A stretch of DNA of 60,654 nucleotides, filler included, from Dugesia japonica (Eukaryota), in assembly GCA_001938525.1 (NCBI GenBank). It is 6 parts of 6 records of this genome, joined end to end, with 100 filler letters (N's around TTAATTAATTAA, not from the genome) between each part and the next. Parts side by side here need not be neighbours in the genome. Positions count along the whole stretch, not along the records: positions 1 to 8,850 come from MQRL01604786.1; positions 8,951 to 18,817 come from MQRL01626063.1; 4 more parts are not named here. One strand, 5' to 3'. Below are positions 1 to 13,950 of this stretch, in pieces (the first letter of the stretch is position 1; every line of letters starts with the position of its first letter). Under the pieces are notes generated by a model. The model did not search any database. It was not told where the DNA came from and saw nothing but the letters and a program-made list of their open reading frames with translations. The translations under genes were made by a program, and so were the position numbers.

Positions 1-259
1 TATGGTTACATAATTGAAACACATAATTTAAATTAAAATTGAAACGATAAAACAAAAATATTTTTCGTATAAATACTTAATAATAAAAATTTTAATTAAT
101 ATTTAAATAATTTAAACTTACAATGTTCAAATATTATTAAAATTTTTATTTCTTTACCAAAGAAATTTATTTCTAAATAATTTTAATTTTCATTTAATAA
201 AATTATTTAGAAATAAATTTCTAATAAATTTCTAAAAAAATTTGTCTCTTGTTTGTTAT

Positions 260-3200
260 ATGAAGATTTGTTGGAAGAATTTGCAAAGACGTTTATAAAA
301 GTTGAAAGTTTTCAGTCTCGCTTACGTATGGCATTTGAGAAAGAAAAAGATGTTATCAAGGATTTATAAAATTTGATTAACTACAGGCGTGAAAATGAAG
401 AGATTCAGGTTTATTTTAAAAATGTAAAAGATTTAGTGGAAAGATTATTTACAAATAAAGATTATAAAAATGAAAAAATGGTAGCGAAGCTAGTATATTG
501 TTCAAATAACAAAAAGGTTGAAGAAGAAGTGACTTTGCGGAAACGAGAGAAATTGAAGAAACAATGATGTTAGTAAATTGAGTAGAGAAAAACAGAGATC
601 GAGTTGATGCAGTCAGAAGTTACGCGAGACTTAAAAATCGAAATTATCAGAAACCACTAAATCATACAATGAATATACATGTGGAGCAAAGAAAGAAAAA
701 ACAAAATATTGAATGTTAGTCATGTCATAAGATCGGTCTACTAAAGCAAATTGTCCGACAAAAAAGTGGTAGAGTGCTGGAGTTGTCATAAAACAGGACA
801 TATAAGTCAAGATTGTCCATTCAAAAATCCAACAAAATGCTTTGGTTTTGGAAAGGTTGGCTATATTAGAAGTTTATGTCAAGAAATGAGGTGTAAACGA
901 TGTGCTAATGGTGGACATAGAGCAAAAAAGTGCTACACAAACATGAAAATGAAAAAAACAAGTGAGAAATTTTTGACTGTAGAAAGATCAAGAAACCAAT
1001 ATAATCGAGTACATGCGATTGAAGATAAAGATGTCAGTACAAACGATGTATATGAGGAAGTATATGAAAGTGATTCTGAAAGGCAGTACCCAAAAGGCGA
1101 GTCTCCACCAGTAGAGGAGTAAGTTGGAGCCATCCATTGTTAAATGATGTGAGTAATTATCCTCAAGGGGTCAAAAAGTGGATGATATCAAAAAGGTTAC
1201 AGAAAAAGTATACAGGTTCTTAAAGAGTGAAAATTTTGCGGAAATTTTGCGGAAAAGTAGAATGGCTTAGAACAATTGAAGCAAAAAAGAAAACAAATAT
1301 TTCTTACCGTAAATTGCAAGGCAGACCTAGTGTTAAGGTATCAATTCAAGTAAATAAAGTTAAATGTCTATTAGATACAGGGGCTAGAATTAACGTGATG
1401 AGTGTGAGTTGTTTTAATAAATTACGAGAAGTAAATTTAGAAATGTGTGATGAAAGATTGCGTTGTTCAAATAATAGTACACTTGAAATTGGATGGAAAA
1501 TTAGAACTGAAATGATAATTGATTAAGTTTGCAAATAGGTTCCTTTCTTAGTAGCAGAAAGAGTGACACCAGATCTGATTGGTGGAATAGATTTGTAGAT
1601 GACATCTGGATACCAGTTTTTATGGAAAAACGGAAGAAAAAATTGAAAATTACATTTTTAATATTAAAGCTAAATTTCGTAGACAAATTAAAAAAAAGGA
1701 GAGCGATTCACAAGAGCTTTAAATATTTTGAAGATTAAAGACGATCAACGGTTATTGAAAATAATTGGAAGTAAAGAAGATGCTTTTATGGCAGATAAAT
1801 GGGATGTAGGACGCACACATCTAACAAGACACAAAATTATCGCATGTGGTGAACCAAAAAATGTAAAACCGTATAGGCAACCAATGAACTTAGAATCTAA
1901 AATTGAAAAAGCTGTCCAAAACCTTATCGAGAATAATATTATCCTGAAATGCAACTCTCCATGGAATACCCCATTCAACTGTGTTTGGAAAAAGCAAAAG
2001 AAATACATAAGAATATGTTTGGATTTCAGACAATTGAATGCAATAACGAAAAAACAAGCCTTTCATATGCCTAAGGTTGATGAAATGCTGGACAAGTTAG
2101 ATGGAGCCAAAAAAAATGCATACTATCAGGTAGAGCTCGGAGAAGAATCTCAAGAAAAAACAGCGTTTTCAACGAAACTCGGACAATATTGTTTTAATAG
2201 AATGCCATTTGGCATCGCAGCCGCACCAGGGACATTTCAGGAGATAATAACAAAAGTGGTTGGCGGAATCAATGGAGCCTTGGTTTATCTTGATCACATC
2301 CCGATATTTACGAACAAATGTAATCATATGTAAACATATGTAATGTAAACATATGTAATCAACATAATTATCAACACTATGAAGTCATTGAAACATTATT
2401 GATGGAAATAATAAAGACTGGTTTAAGAATTAATCCAGAAAGTGTCAGTTTTTTCAAAGCGAAATCACGTTTCGTGGACACATAATTAGTACGGATGGTG
2501 TTAGAACTGATCTGTCTAAAATAGAAGCAATAAGAACATTTGTCAAACCTAACTGTTTGAAGAAGTTACGAAGTTTCTTGAGAATTTGTAATTATTACAG
2601 GAAGTTTATAGAAAACTACTCAAGAAAGTCAAAGATCTTAGAGCATTTGTGTAGCGTACCAAACAAAAAGATATTAGAATGTGCAGATGAAATAAACGAT
2701 ACTACATTTCACGAAAAGAGTTATTAGCTGTTTATTATTTCTGTATGCATTTCAAACATTACTTGTACGGTAGAAGATTTACTCTTAGAACAGCTATAAC
2801 ATTTATAATGACGACAAATAAACCAATTAAGTCACAATTCCAGACATGGATTAATTATCTGAGCAGTTTAGATATGGTTTTAGAATATAGAAAAGGAATT
2901 CAACATGCTAATGCAGATATGTTATCTNNNNNNNNNNNNNNNNNNNNNNNNNNNNNNNNNNNNNNNNNNNNNNNNNNCATGAAGATGCCAAGAAAGGGAA
3001 GATTAAAACGAGAATACTGAACATAATTGAAAAAGAAAAAGAAGATCATTTTAACATTTCTGTGGTAGCAGATTTGATCTAGAAAATGAAAATTCCGGAT
3101 GACAAACTACATGAAACAATAGAAGAAATACACAAATTATTATGTAATGCAGGAATTGACTTGGTGTACGAATATATGAGAAACAAATATATTGCAAAGA

Positions 3201-4025
3201 ATTTGTGGAGCCAAATACAGAAGATAGTTTGTAGTTGTGAAGTTTGTCAGAAGACCAACCGCAACTAAAGAGAAGACAAAGAGTTTAGAAGCTACCAATT
3301 TATTTGAAGTGATATTCACAGATATATGTGGGCCAATGCGGGAAACAAGTGGACGAAAATTAATACATTCTTGGAATAATCGACAAGTACAGTAAATATC
3401 TGATTCTTATACCACTGCCTAGACAAGACAAGAAAACAATACGAAAAGATATTTTTGAAAAGTGTATATTGAGATTTGGCTGTCCAAGAGAAATAAGACT
3501 AGATTGTGGAAAAGCTTTTGAATCTAGAGTTATGAGAGAGTTTGCAATGTAGATAGATAATAAACTTTGCTTTTCTAGTTCCTATCATTATAATGCAAAT
3601 GGACAAATTGAAAGACAGTTCAGGACAATTCGAGATTTAATTAATGCAACACTTCAGGAAGGAAAGACAACATATTGGGCAGATCTTTTACCGGAAATAG
3701 AATTTACAATGAACGCAACAAAACAGAAGACGACTGGAAACAGCCCGACTGAGATCGTTTTTGGAAAGAAAATTAGCAGAGAAACGTGGTACGAGTCAGA
3801 CGTTTCAGATATAATTAAAGAAAACATTTCAGACGTGATTACTAAAAAAGAATTCAAAGTGGGCGATGTTGTACTCATCAAGTTAGAAGCAAGAAATAAA
3901 AATCAAGACAGATTTGAAGGACCTTATCGAATAATTGAGAAAGGCGGTATGTGGTACAAGAAGAAAATGAACAGCGATTAGAAAGAAATGTGGAAAACTT
4001 AGAAAGTTTCTTAAGAAGGGGGATA
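260..4025 (+). mobile_element. Degenerate Ty3/Gypsy LTR retrotransposon (gag-PR-RT-RH-IN)
   Basis: CCHC knuckles (CWSCHKTGHISQDC, CKRCANGGHRAKKC); protease LLDTGA; RT motifs (SPWNTP, RICLDFRQLN, KTAFST, RMPFG, YLDH); RNase H-like HANADMLS; integrase HHCC and D(ICGP)/D(CG)/E pieces; purine tract AAGAAGGGGGA at ~4013. Many stops and frameshifts; LTRs not resolved. Confidence 0.93.
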
Positions 4026-4153
4026 TAAGGAAATAATTATTATTTAATAATCTCATCCAATAGAAATTGAGTTATCTGAATATTGATATTGAAATTCTTG
4101 TATTTCAATATTATTTATATTATGAGATATGGGTTGTAGTAGTAAAATAAAGC

Positions 4154-5020
4154 ATGTCTCAAAATATTAATTATGATTTGCAAAATGAATTACCAAGTGA
4201 AGATTTACCTAACAACGTGAATTAATAAATTCTCATGAAAGGTTAAATGATTTAGTGGTTCAACAAAAAAAAAATTCTGTTTTCATGTTTTCAATGCAAT
4301 ATGCTTTACAATTGCATACTATCCAATCATTACCGAATAATCAACCAAATGTTAATCAACCTATTGTTAATTAACCCACTGGATTTAATCTTCAATACTT
4401 GATTTAAAAACAACAACAAAATATAAAATTTCTCCTTCAAAACCAACCATTATAAAAACAAAATTAAGGAATGATCAAGAGTTTATTGAAGTAAAAATAA
4501 ATAATTCAATCATATTTTTATTATCAAAGGGTGAAGAAAAATATTTTTATATTAAACAATTGGAAAAGATTTTACCATTTAATAATGAATTATTAAATTT
4601 AATGTTTGGTTATGGATCAGATGATTTAGTTGCAAGGAAAATTTATATTATGGAACTTGGAATAAAATTTTATCCAGGTTTTTATTATAGAGCGTGGTAA
4701 CAAAATTTACCATTTGAAGAATATTTAAAAATTGAGCAGAAACCTCTGAAAGAAACTTCTTTGAAACGTCTTGGAATGAATACTTCTCAATTAGCTGAAT
4801 TTGAACATCAAAAAGAAACTATTTGAAAAGGTGGCAACGACGCCACTCCATAGAACCCGAAGAACCATATAGATTTGTGGGAAAGGTTTGTTAGATTAAT
4901 AGCTTGTAAAAAAGCAGGTCATGATAATTTAAATTAAATTAGTTTGTAAACGATTATTAAATACTAAATTAATAACCAAAAGATAAATATGATAAATATA
5001 AAAAGAAATATTTTACTAAG
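4154..5020 (+). pseudogene. Relic of a Polinton/adintovirus-like gene, homologous to the ORF at 18918-19566
   Basis: Gln-rich segment, then KYFYIKQLEKILPFNNELLNLMFG...IYIMELGIKFYP, matching KIYFIEIEQ...PVNEELMKLLCG...IYFKEFGIKHPP. Ends with IDLWERFVRLIACKKAGHDNLN. Stops and frameshifts present. Confidence 0.65.
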
Positions 5021-6084
5021 AAACGAGGATAGCGAGTGTCTAGTTAATTATTAAACATGAAAACCATTAAAAATTATTAATAAGCTATTAACTAATATTA
5101 TATGTATAAAAAATCACTACACTCGGATTAATAAATGTCTCATCAATTTTTAATATTTGGAAAAGAAAATAAACTTGAAATAAACCTAAGTCAAACTTAA
5201 TTTACGGAGCTGCACACATTGTAAAAAAAAACTTTATTATTTACTTTGTATTATAATTTTTTAAAAATATCTCATGATCCTTAGTTTGAGAAGCCCTGAT
5301 CTAACTAACAAGAAACTAATCTTTCTTGTTATTTCTTCTGTTTAATGCGTTTAGCGTAAAAATATAATTCACTACGCTTTATGAATTTTTCAATGTTATC
5401 TCTTCTACTGAACACACATATCTGTAATTGAATCGGTATGTATCGCTGCTACTGTGTTAGGTAAATTTTTTAAAGATAGTTTATTTTCCAAATCACTAAT
5501 ATTCATTACAGACATTTTATTTCACAATTCGCAACTGAATATTTTTAATATAACAAGGTGAAATTAGAACAAATAATTAATTAAAATAATTTTAATCAAT
5601 TCTTATTGGTTGAAATTCTTCCTAATTCTTTCCTTGTAATATTAATTATTTCATTTTAATCAAGAAAATTATAATACATCTATGGGGTTTCCAAATGCTC
5701 ATTTTCGATTAAACTTTTATAATTTTTAGAATTATGCTTTTAGATTCTATATGTATAATTTATGTTGTTTAAATTATTAAATGTTTAAATTAAAATTTCT
5801 TACTTTTATATTTTTAATTAATATAGCTTTTAATATTTTTTATAGAATATCAAAGAGATTTTCAGAGAATGGTTAAAAAAAATGATTTACAGACAAAAGA
5901 GTTACTTGGTAAATCTTAAATAATTTGCAAATTGATAATACTTTATAGTTTTGCTATTTGGAAATTCTTTTGATTAAAAACATCACAAAAAGACTTTTCA
6001 GATTTATATTGCGAAGAATCAAATATATTTCGTTTCTTAAAAGTCTGTTAAATGATTTCTTTTCTGTTTGCACCGCGATTATAT

Positions 6085-7300
6085 GTACACGATGTTTCAA
6101 GAAGTACCGGGTTAGCGCTGCAAAAAATAGTTTAAAAGTTTATATGTGAAATACAAAATTGGAAATAGTTACTATACACTTTCATTTACTAGCCCTATAA
6201 GTTTATTGTCATTCAGTTAAGTGATTGATTACGAGAATCTATATCAATTTATAATATATTTTGTCATTGTTATAATTCTCGAAATGGAGCTAAAAGCAGC
6301 AATAAAATTTAATTTTAAATAAGGAAAATCAGCGACAGAAACATTTACAATGATACAAATTGCATACGGAAAAGATTGTATAAATCTTTTCGGTTTTCAA
6401 TGGTTTTCGAAAATCAAGAATGATCGTGATTCACTGGAGAATAATCCGAAAATGGCGCTTTCCATCACAAGTATCAGTGCTGAAAGTATGGATTTAATTC
6501 GCACCTTACTGGCTGAAAACCGTATAATTAGTATTAAAATGTTGTCAGAAAATGCCGGTTTTAGCGTTGAAAGCGTTTATACTATCTTAAATGACATTCT
6601 TGGAAAAGGAAAATTGTGTGCGAAATTTGTTCCACATTTATTTACGTTAGATCAAAAGCTGCAGCGTGTGCAAGTTTGTGTAATTATGTTAAATGGGCCG
6701 AACACAATCTTACTTTTACAAGCAACATTGGTACAGGCATTGAAACGTTGTGCTTCCAGTATGATTAATTAACAAAACGTCAAACAGCCAATAGGATAAG
6801 AATGAATGAGAGAAGACTGATTAAAATTAGACCCACAAAGTCTAAAATTAGAACAATACTCATCGCCATTTTTGATTCGCGGGAAATTTTTTATAGTGAA
6901 TTGGTTCCGGAAGGATAAACAGTGACTGGAGAATTTTACCAAGAGGTCCTGAAACTATCTTTGAACCGAATTCAAAGTGTTAGACCAGATTATGCTAATT
7001 CATGTGATTGGTTCCGTTTGCCTGATAATGGAGCCGCACATGAATCATTTACTGTTTCGCGATTTTTGGCGAAGAAAGTGGTTTCCATAAATATTTCCAC
7101 AATATTCATCCGATCTATCTCCGACAGAGTGCTTTCTATTTCCGAAGCTAAAAACAGTTCTTAAAGGCAAACGTTTTGATAAAATTCAGATGATTCGGGA
7201 ACATGTGATAAGACTCATGAAATTTATTCCAAAAGTGGACAATCATAATGTCTTTCAGCGGTTGTATGAACGATGCAAAACATGTATAGAGAAGGAAGGG
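6085..7300 (+). mobile_element. Degenerate mariner-type DNA transposon
   Basis: HTH region, AKFVPHLFT (WVPH-like), LPDNGAAH, YSSDLSP (YSPDLAP-like); several stops and frameshifts; only a left TIR-like end is plausible. Confidence 0.85.
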
Positions 7301-7475
7301 ATGTTCTTCCTTGTTCTTCAGTTTTGTGTAGCTGGATATCAAGAACTATATAAGCAACTTGAGAAACTAAAAACAGACTTTATAAAAAAACACGAACATC
7401 AGAGGAAGTTAATAATGAATGAGATTCTTCATTTTAATCAAACTTATCAGTTGTATTATATATATATATATATAT

Positions 7476-8850
7476 ACCGTATTTCTACAAAATTCTGACA
7501 AGGGTGTCAATTTATTTTTTTCAAAAATCTTAACCAAAATGTGCTTACGGCTGAATTCCAGGTAGGTTTTTTAATTTTTATTTGAAATATAATGTAATAT
7601 TTCTAAAGTTATAAAAAGACGAGTATAAAAGATTAATTGATCAAAACAATTTTATTCAATAATAACTATATCAGTTTGATCATTTAAAGGTGGAAGATCT
7701 GCGGGTCTTGCTTGTGATTCTAGCTCTCTTAAAATCATTGGACCAAATTGTTCGTGCTTAGCAGTCACCGAAGTATCGAATGAAAATGATTTTTTCAAAT
7801 AGCTAGCTCCCAAGGCATTACGTATACATTCACCCGTTATCTTATTGCAGGCAGTATTTACCCATTCAATAACCTCTTGCTGTTTTAGCTTAATAAAGTT
7901 ACCATTTGCATTTTGTTCTCTTTTGGTTTCAACCTAAATTTTAATTTCTTCACGAAAATAATCCTTAAATGGCTTATTTGGGCCAAATCCAAGCTCTAAA
8001 GATATGCTGTCATTCCGGATGGAATCATGACTTGATCAATATCACGACTCGAGAGATACTCTTTTATTTCTTTAACTCTGTGTGTGCTGGCAGAGTCCAA
8101 CACTAACAATTTTTTTATTAGTTAAAACAGGTGAAAACATTAAATTGATCTATTTTTAAATCACATCTTGTGTGCACTAATCTTTTTAGTCTAAAACATA
8201 TATTCCTGAAATGCAGACGATAATCTTCTTTTTTTCTTTTGTAATTAGCATTGGCGGAAGTTTTCTGCCATTACAATTAATTACAAGATTACAGGAGATG
8301 ATGGTACTCTCTTATCCAGTTGAGGGGACGTTATTGGATGAAGCTCTTATAAGATCAATAGTTGTTTGTGTAGTTTGTCGAAAAATACGAACGTTTCATC
8401 CATAGCAATTATATTTGATAATGGATATTGTGCAAAGTTCAAATGATCTATGAATGATTTGAATGATAATGCCCTCTTTATAATCTTTGTATCATCTAAC
8501 TTAAATAATGTCGTTGACCTTCTTAAAGACAATTACTGCCTTGCTAGAAACCCATCAACTTAGTGTTGTGAAGTTTAAAGTTTATCCAAAGAGATGTCAA
8601 ACTATGGTACTAACTGAATCGCAAGATTTTGAATTTATGATTTTCGAACGACAAAGGCTTCAGGTCGTCGGTGTAAAATACATCTTAAAATCGTGTCTTC
8701 TAACTAATTATATAACGCCTTCCTCCCTGCACCAACTCTACGTACTTTTTGGTTTCTTGCATTTTTTGTTGAACAAGATTATCATATTCGGCTCACGATA
8801 ATCGGACCATCCTCAAATCAAGTCTTTTCATGTTTCAATATTCAGTTGAA
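7476..8850 (-). mobile_element. Degenerate pogo/Tigger-type DNA transposon
   Basis: Minus-strand LSLRRSTT, AMDETFVFFD, LVLDSASTH, IPSGMTAYL, NKPFKD motifs; TA-CCGTATTT end at ~7475; cut off by contig end. Confidence 0.85.
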
Positions 8851-8950
8851 NNNNNNNNNNNNNNNNNNNNNNNNNNNNNNNNNNNNNNNNNNNNTTAATT
8901 AATTAANNNNNNNNNNNNNNNNNNNNNNNNNNNNNNNNNNNNNNNNNNNN
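8851..8950. other. Artificial contig spacer
   Basis: N44-TTAATTAATTAA-N44 (stops in all six frames), identical at five places. Confidence 0.97.
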
Positions 8951-10599
8951 AATTATAATAAATTCAATATATTTTTTTTTAATTTTTACATTAAAATTTG
9001 CAATTATAATAAATTCAATATATTGTTTTTAATTTTTACATTAAAATTTGCAATTATAATAAATTCAATAAATTTATATTTAATTAAAATTAAACAGCTG
9101 GATCAATTTTAATTTTTGGAATTTATTTTGTATTTAAAATAATTTCGGTCTTGTTTCTAACTATTTATTGAATTCGTGAAATTTAAATTTTGTGGAAAAT
9201 TTCATATTAATAATTAGATAAAAGAATCTTGCATTTGAGTATTTTTTCACATCTGTAAATTTTCAGAAATCTATTTTTATTGTCAATAAAATGCCCCAGT
9301 GAATTTTAAAAAAACATCCAATTGTTACATTTAAAAACATGTTTTAATTACTTGTCTTTACATGATCAACACTAATGAAAAAGTGGTAAAAATTAATTAA
9401 TTCGTCATTAATATTTGATAATTTATCTCTCTGCTGTGGTCAGAGGCTTAGTAAAGGTTTATAGTGCCCATGGGGAAAGGCGTTTTTTCTGCCTCCTCAT
9501 ATTGTCATATTTTTCGATTTATAGAATTGGCTAAAAAACATCATGCCATACATATATTGTATTATCTGTATACGTCATTTTATGACAACAAATACTACAA
9601 AAATTAAANNNNNNTAGTTACAATTTTATTTTAAAGATTTATTGTATTGCATTGTAAAAACTCAAACAAGTAATTTAAAGGTTTCTCAATTCAGCCTAGA
9701 AATAATGTAAAATCTAGAATAATATATCCATAAAACAAAACATTAAATGTTAACATGATTGTATCTAAGCTCAATTTCCTTAAAAACTGACATTTATTAA
9801 CAATAGACTTAATTTAATGGAAATAAATGACAATTTGTGAGTCAGATATAGGATAAATACTATCACTGGATTTTATTGATTCTTGATATAGTAGATTACG
9901 GAATTGGATTGTCACTTGTGTATTGAGATGCGTAATATGTCAAATATATGCGGTTTTATAATGTATTATAATTAATAAATCTATTTTTAAAATTGTTTTA
10001 AAATTTAAAGAATTATTTTTTTAAAAAACATTGATTTTTTAACATATAATTTTATTTCAAAAAATTATTTGACAANCGAAGATCGTAGTTGCTGTTCTTT
10101 TATTTTCAATATTTCGGCATAGTCTTCTTCAGGAACTGTTGTTCTTACTAATCTATTTTAAAGATTTTTAAACTTTTAAAAAAGAAAAGTATTAGAACCT
10201 TATCAATAGTTTTTTATTAATTATTTTGCAATTATTATTCGATTTTTAAACTGAAGTTTGATTTTGAAATTTCTCAATAAATCTAAAATAGAAAAGCTAA
10301 ATAACTTCATTATAGATTAATTGAAAAAAATTAAAACTAAAAATATATTTATTAGAAAATAATCACAAAAATTTTAAAGTTGTAATAAAATTTTTTAAAC
10401 CGAGAGTTTAGGTACAGTCGGTTGCTATTTATTACTAGTCAAATTTAGCACGAATTGGAAAAATGGTGGTAATTCTTGAGACAGCACTACTTGCGTCAAT
10501 TTAGTGCAGCTAAAGTAACTATTAGTAAATTGATGGTAACCACCAGACCCTTTGAGAGACAGTGCGACGCCCGGGGCCATAATCGTTTTCGAGGTAAAT

Positions 10600-12770
10600 T
10601 TTTGAAAAAATTAATAGTAATACATTCAAAAGCAAATTTTAATATATCAAGGATTTTTGAGATTGCAAATTTATCAACTACTTCACTAAAAAGGATTCTC
10701 GCAATATCATTATTAATATGCAGCATTGTCAATCCATTCAGTCGCTCTTGTCCTATTGTTAATCTTAAAAAATTTTTAATACGCTTTTGTGCTGAAAACG
10801 TGCGTTCAGATTCTGTTGCTGAAACCGGAATTATCAAGTAGATTCTTAACACAACTGCAAGAGTTAGAAAAATTGATCCCAAATTCATTTCAACTATCGA
10901 TTTTAGCAACTCTTTTGGCTTTGATGATTTCAACTTCATTGCATAAATATCATAAATACTTTTTAAAAGTATCGTTTCATCATACACTTCTAATGAGATT
11001 TCATCAAAAAATTTCCTTTTAATCTTGTCAGAATGATATTTCAATTTGTCATCATTTAGGTTATTAAATGTTCACAAGAATTTAANGTCATAACAAATTT
11101 CAACCATTCTTGAAAATCTAGTTCGTAATGAGGTTTGCAAACCTGTAGTTTGTTTATTGAATATTTATTGGTAATGTAATTCAACAGCTGCTTCATCATT
11201 GAATTTTCTTTTAATTTCAAATGCTGCATGAATAAAAATTTAAAGGTAATGATTTTATTGAATTTATTAGTGCATTTTTATTCCCATCTTCAACGTCTGA
11301 TTTAGCACTCCTTACCAATAAATTTGTGCACTGTACTGCTGAAAGAATAGTAAGCCAAATTTAATTCATTTCTACNGTTTCATATTTCAATGTCAATATT
11401 AACAACAAATTGCCGGTATGTTTGGCTTCAGCAGATTGATTTAGATTGGAATCAAATTTTTTTAGTGCTTAATTTATAAGATTCAAAGAAACCACAATAG
11501 GTTTTGCGGCATTATATCGTGCAATATGAATATTGATGAATATCTTGTTGTACAGTTTTTCTTAAATATAGCCTAGCGATATTTCGATTATGTGAAAACT
11601 TCCAGCTGCAAAATTATTCATGATTAAATCCTCTATCCCCAAGAAGTTTCTTTATGTTGATCGCAATTTGTTTACCAGTGTTTCCGTAAAACTAACCAAA
11701 GCAAATAAATTTTTCATGAGCCAATGAATTTGTCTTAAAGTCAACATAACGCAGAACAATTGAAAACTGTTCACTATGTGAGCTGTCTGGAGTGCTATCA
11801 GCAATTATAGAAAAATATTTTGCATTTTTAATTTTCGAAATTAATTTTTTCTCCACAATGTTTCCGCATTTTTTGATGAACTCATTTTGTATATCATTAG
11901 AAAGATAATGNAGCCTCTTTACTTCCTTTTGAGCTTTTTGAACCTTTGTAACATGCTCATTGAAAACATCATACNTGCTTAATAACTCAATGATTANGAA
12001 AGTATTTCTATTTCACTGATCTCCAAGTATAAAGGAATCTCCAAAAAATGCGAGACCTCGTTCAGCAAGAAATAAAATTGCTTCCAGAATCCGTCTGAAA
12101 ATTTGCTTCCATTTTTCCTGTTTTGTCCTGAATAATTTTTCATTAATAATGATTCAATCTGTGTTTCCTTTTTCTCTAAAGTTATGGCATTTTACAATTG
12201 ACATAATTCTTTAAATGAGAGTTTGAATAATCATGCTTGGAATTTTATCTTTTAATTTTAGCCAACCTNCATCACGGTTCTAAACTTCTGTAAAATTGCT
12301 ATCTAATTCATTTGCAAATAAACAGCATGCAAAATAAATGAATTTCGTCAGATTGCGATACCAAATTCAATCGCGAGAAGCCTTTGCTTCATTCTGAAGT
12401 TTTTTATTAAAAATGTGAACTGGAAAGAGTTTCAACATTCAAGAATCTTTTTCTGATATTTAGATCATTTGACTGAGGAAGAGCGATATCAAAAGCTGCT
12501 TTTGAAACCAAATAATGATCGTTTTTTAAATCATTAGACGTATCGACTTTTGATCTTCTGNGTTTACTGAATTGTCGTATTCTTGAACCATTAAATCGAA
12601 TGAATCATCATTAACAGATTCGATAAATGATTTCATAGAATCCTCTACATCTTTCTGGCTTGGTTTTGTCAAGAATGATGTGATTTTAGAATATTGATCT
12701 TTCTTATTTTCGTTTGTTTTCGTTTCTTTTTCGTTAAATATATTACAAACCTTTTGATCACTTTTGATGA
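10600..12770 (-). mobile_element. Degenerate hAT transposase (ZMYM1-like / DUF4371 plus hAT dimerisation domain)
   Basis: C-terminal IIPVSATESERTFSAQKRIKNFLRLTIGQERLNGLTMLH; upstream ILFLAERGLAF, LSNDIQNEFI, YFSIIADSTPDSSH. Possible termini at ~9441 and ~13787 are not confirmed by a TSD. Confidence 0.88.
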
Positions 12771-13950
12771 TTAAAATTAAACAAAATTAATTTTTGAATA
12801 TTTGAGAAAACAAACAATATAAACAATATATTTAGTTTAGTACCGAAAATTTAAAAATCAAATTTCAACCGTAAATTGTTGAAANCCGTTTTATTTAATT
12901 TGACTAGTAACAATTAAATTGTAATGAAATTTAAAATTTTCTTCTAAATTTCTCGCAAGTTGAAAATAAAATAGTATGTTCTATTCATTGACATTGAAAT
13001 AATAATATATGAAGACGTCAAGAATGCTAAGAATGAAGGTTTAACAAAAGATAAATTTTTGTATTTGTATAAAAATTTTGTAATGTATACAATTTTTTAT
13101 ATATTATATAAACCCAATACCCGCCGCAATTCAGAAGTTCAAAAAGAATTAAATTAACACTGCATTTAGAAGTAAAGAATACTTACCCATGATTTATCTG
13201 AAATAATATTTATCGGTGGATNTATAAAATGAAGTCCAAAGAACAAGTTTTAATCAAAGGTTTTTTATTTAGAAGTATTGTGAACACTCTGTGATATCAG
13301 AAATAAACACATTAATAAACACAACCGACTGAGTTTATCAGCTTCAACCTGAAGTTTGCAATGATATAATCTCATTATTTTAACGGCTATATTTGATTTA
13401 GAAGTTGTAGTTATTAAAAGAAAGAAATTTGAAAATGTGTCCCAAAAATGGAACATTGGCGGATAATGGGTTAAGGGACCCCCAACTTTGTTCAAATCTC
13501 GCATTGATATTTCGTCCAAAAGATTTTGATTCCTATCCTAAAATTCCTGTAAAATCGAACATTTTGGCGAAATCGGAAATTTTCAAATTTTCATAGATTT
13601 TTTAATAGAGGAATTTTTAATCTTAATTTAATATAAGAAACTAATACATTAGCTTAAAATGCAATTGAAAAATACTTTCAGCATAAATTTAAAGAAAATA
13701 AATATTTGTTTCCAAAATGATATTCAAATAAAATTTTGAAAACTTTAGGGCCTGCGATAGATGGCCCCTTTGGCTCCGCATCTACTGTTGTTTGGCAACA
13801 ATAACAATTTTTAAATAGCTGATCACAATTTGATTACCAGGGAGACTAACGGGTTAATATTATAGAAATATAATTTTCTTCTGGCAATTTATTAAATTAT
13901 TTTCTACCAAATTGTCTTATTACAAATTTCTAAAATATATTTTCTATAAG

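Noticed and set aside
9441-13787. Exact hAT TIR pair
   Set aside because: Ends only loosely complementary and no 8-bp TSD.
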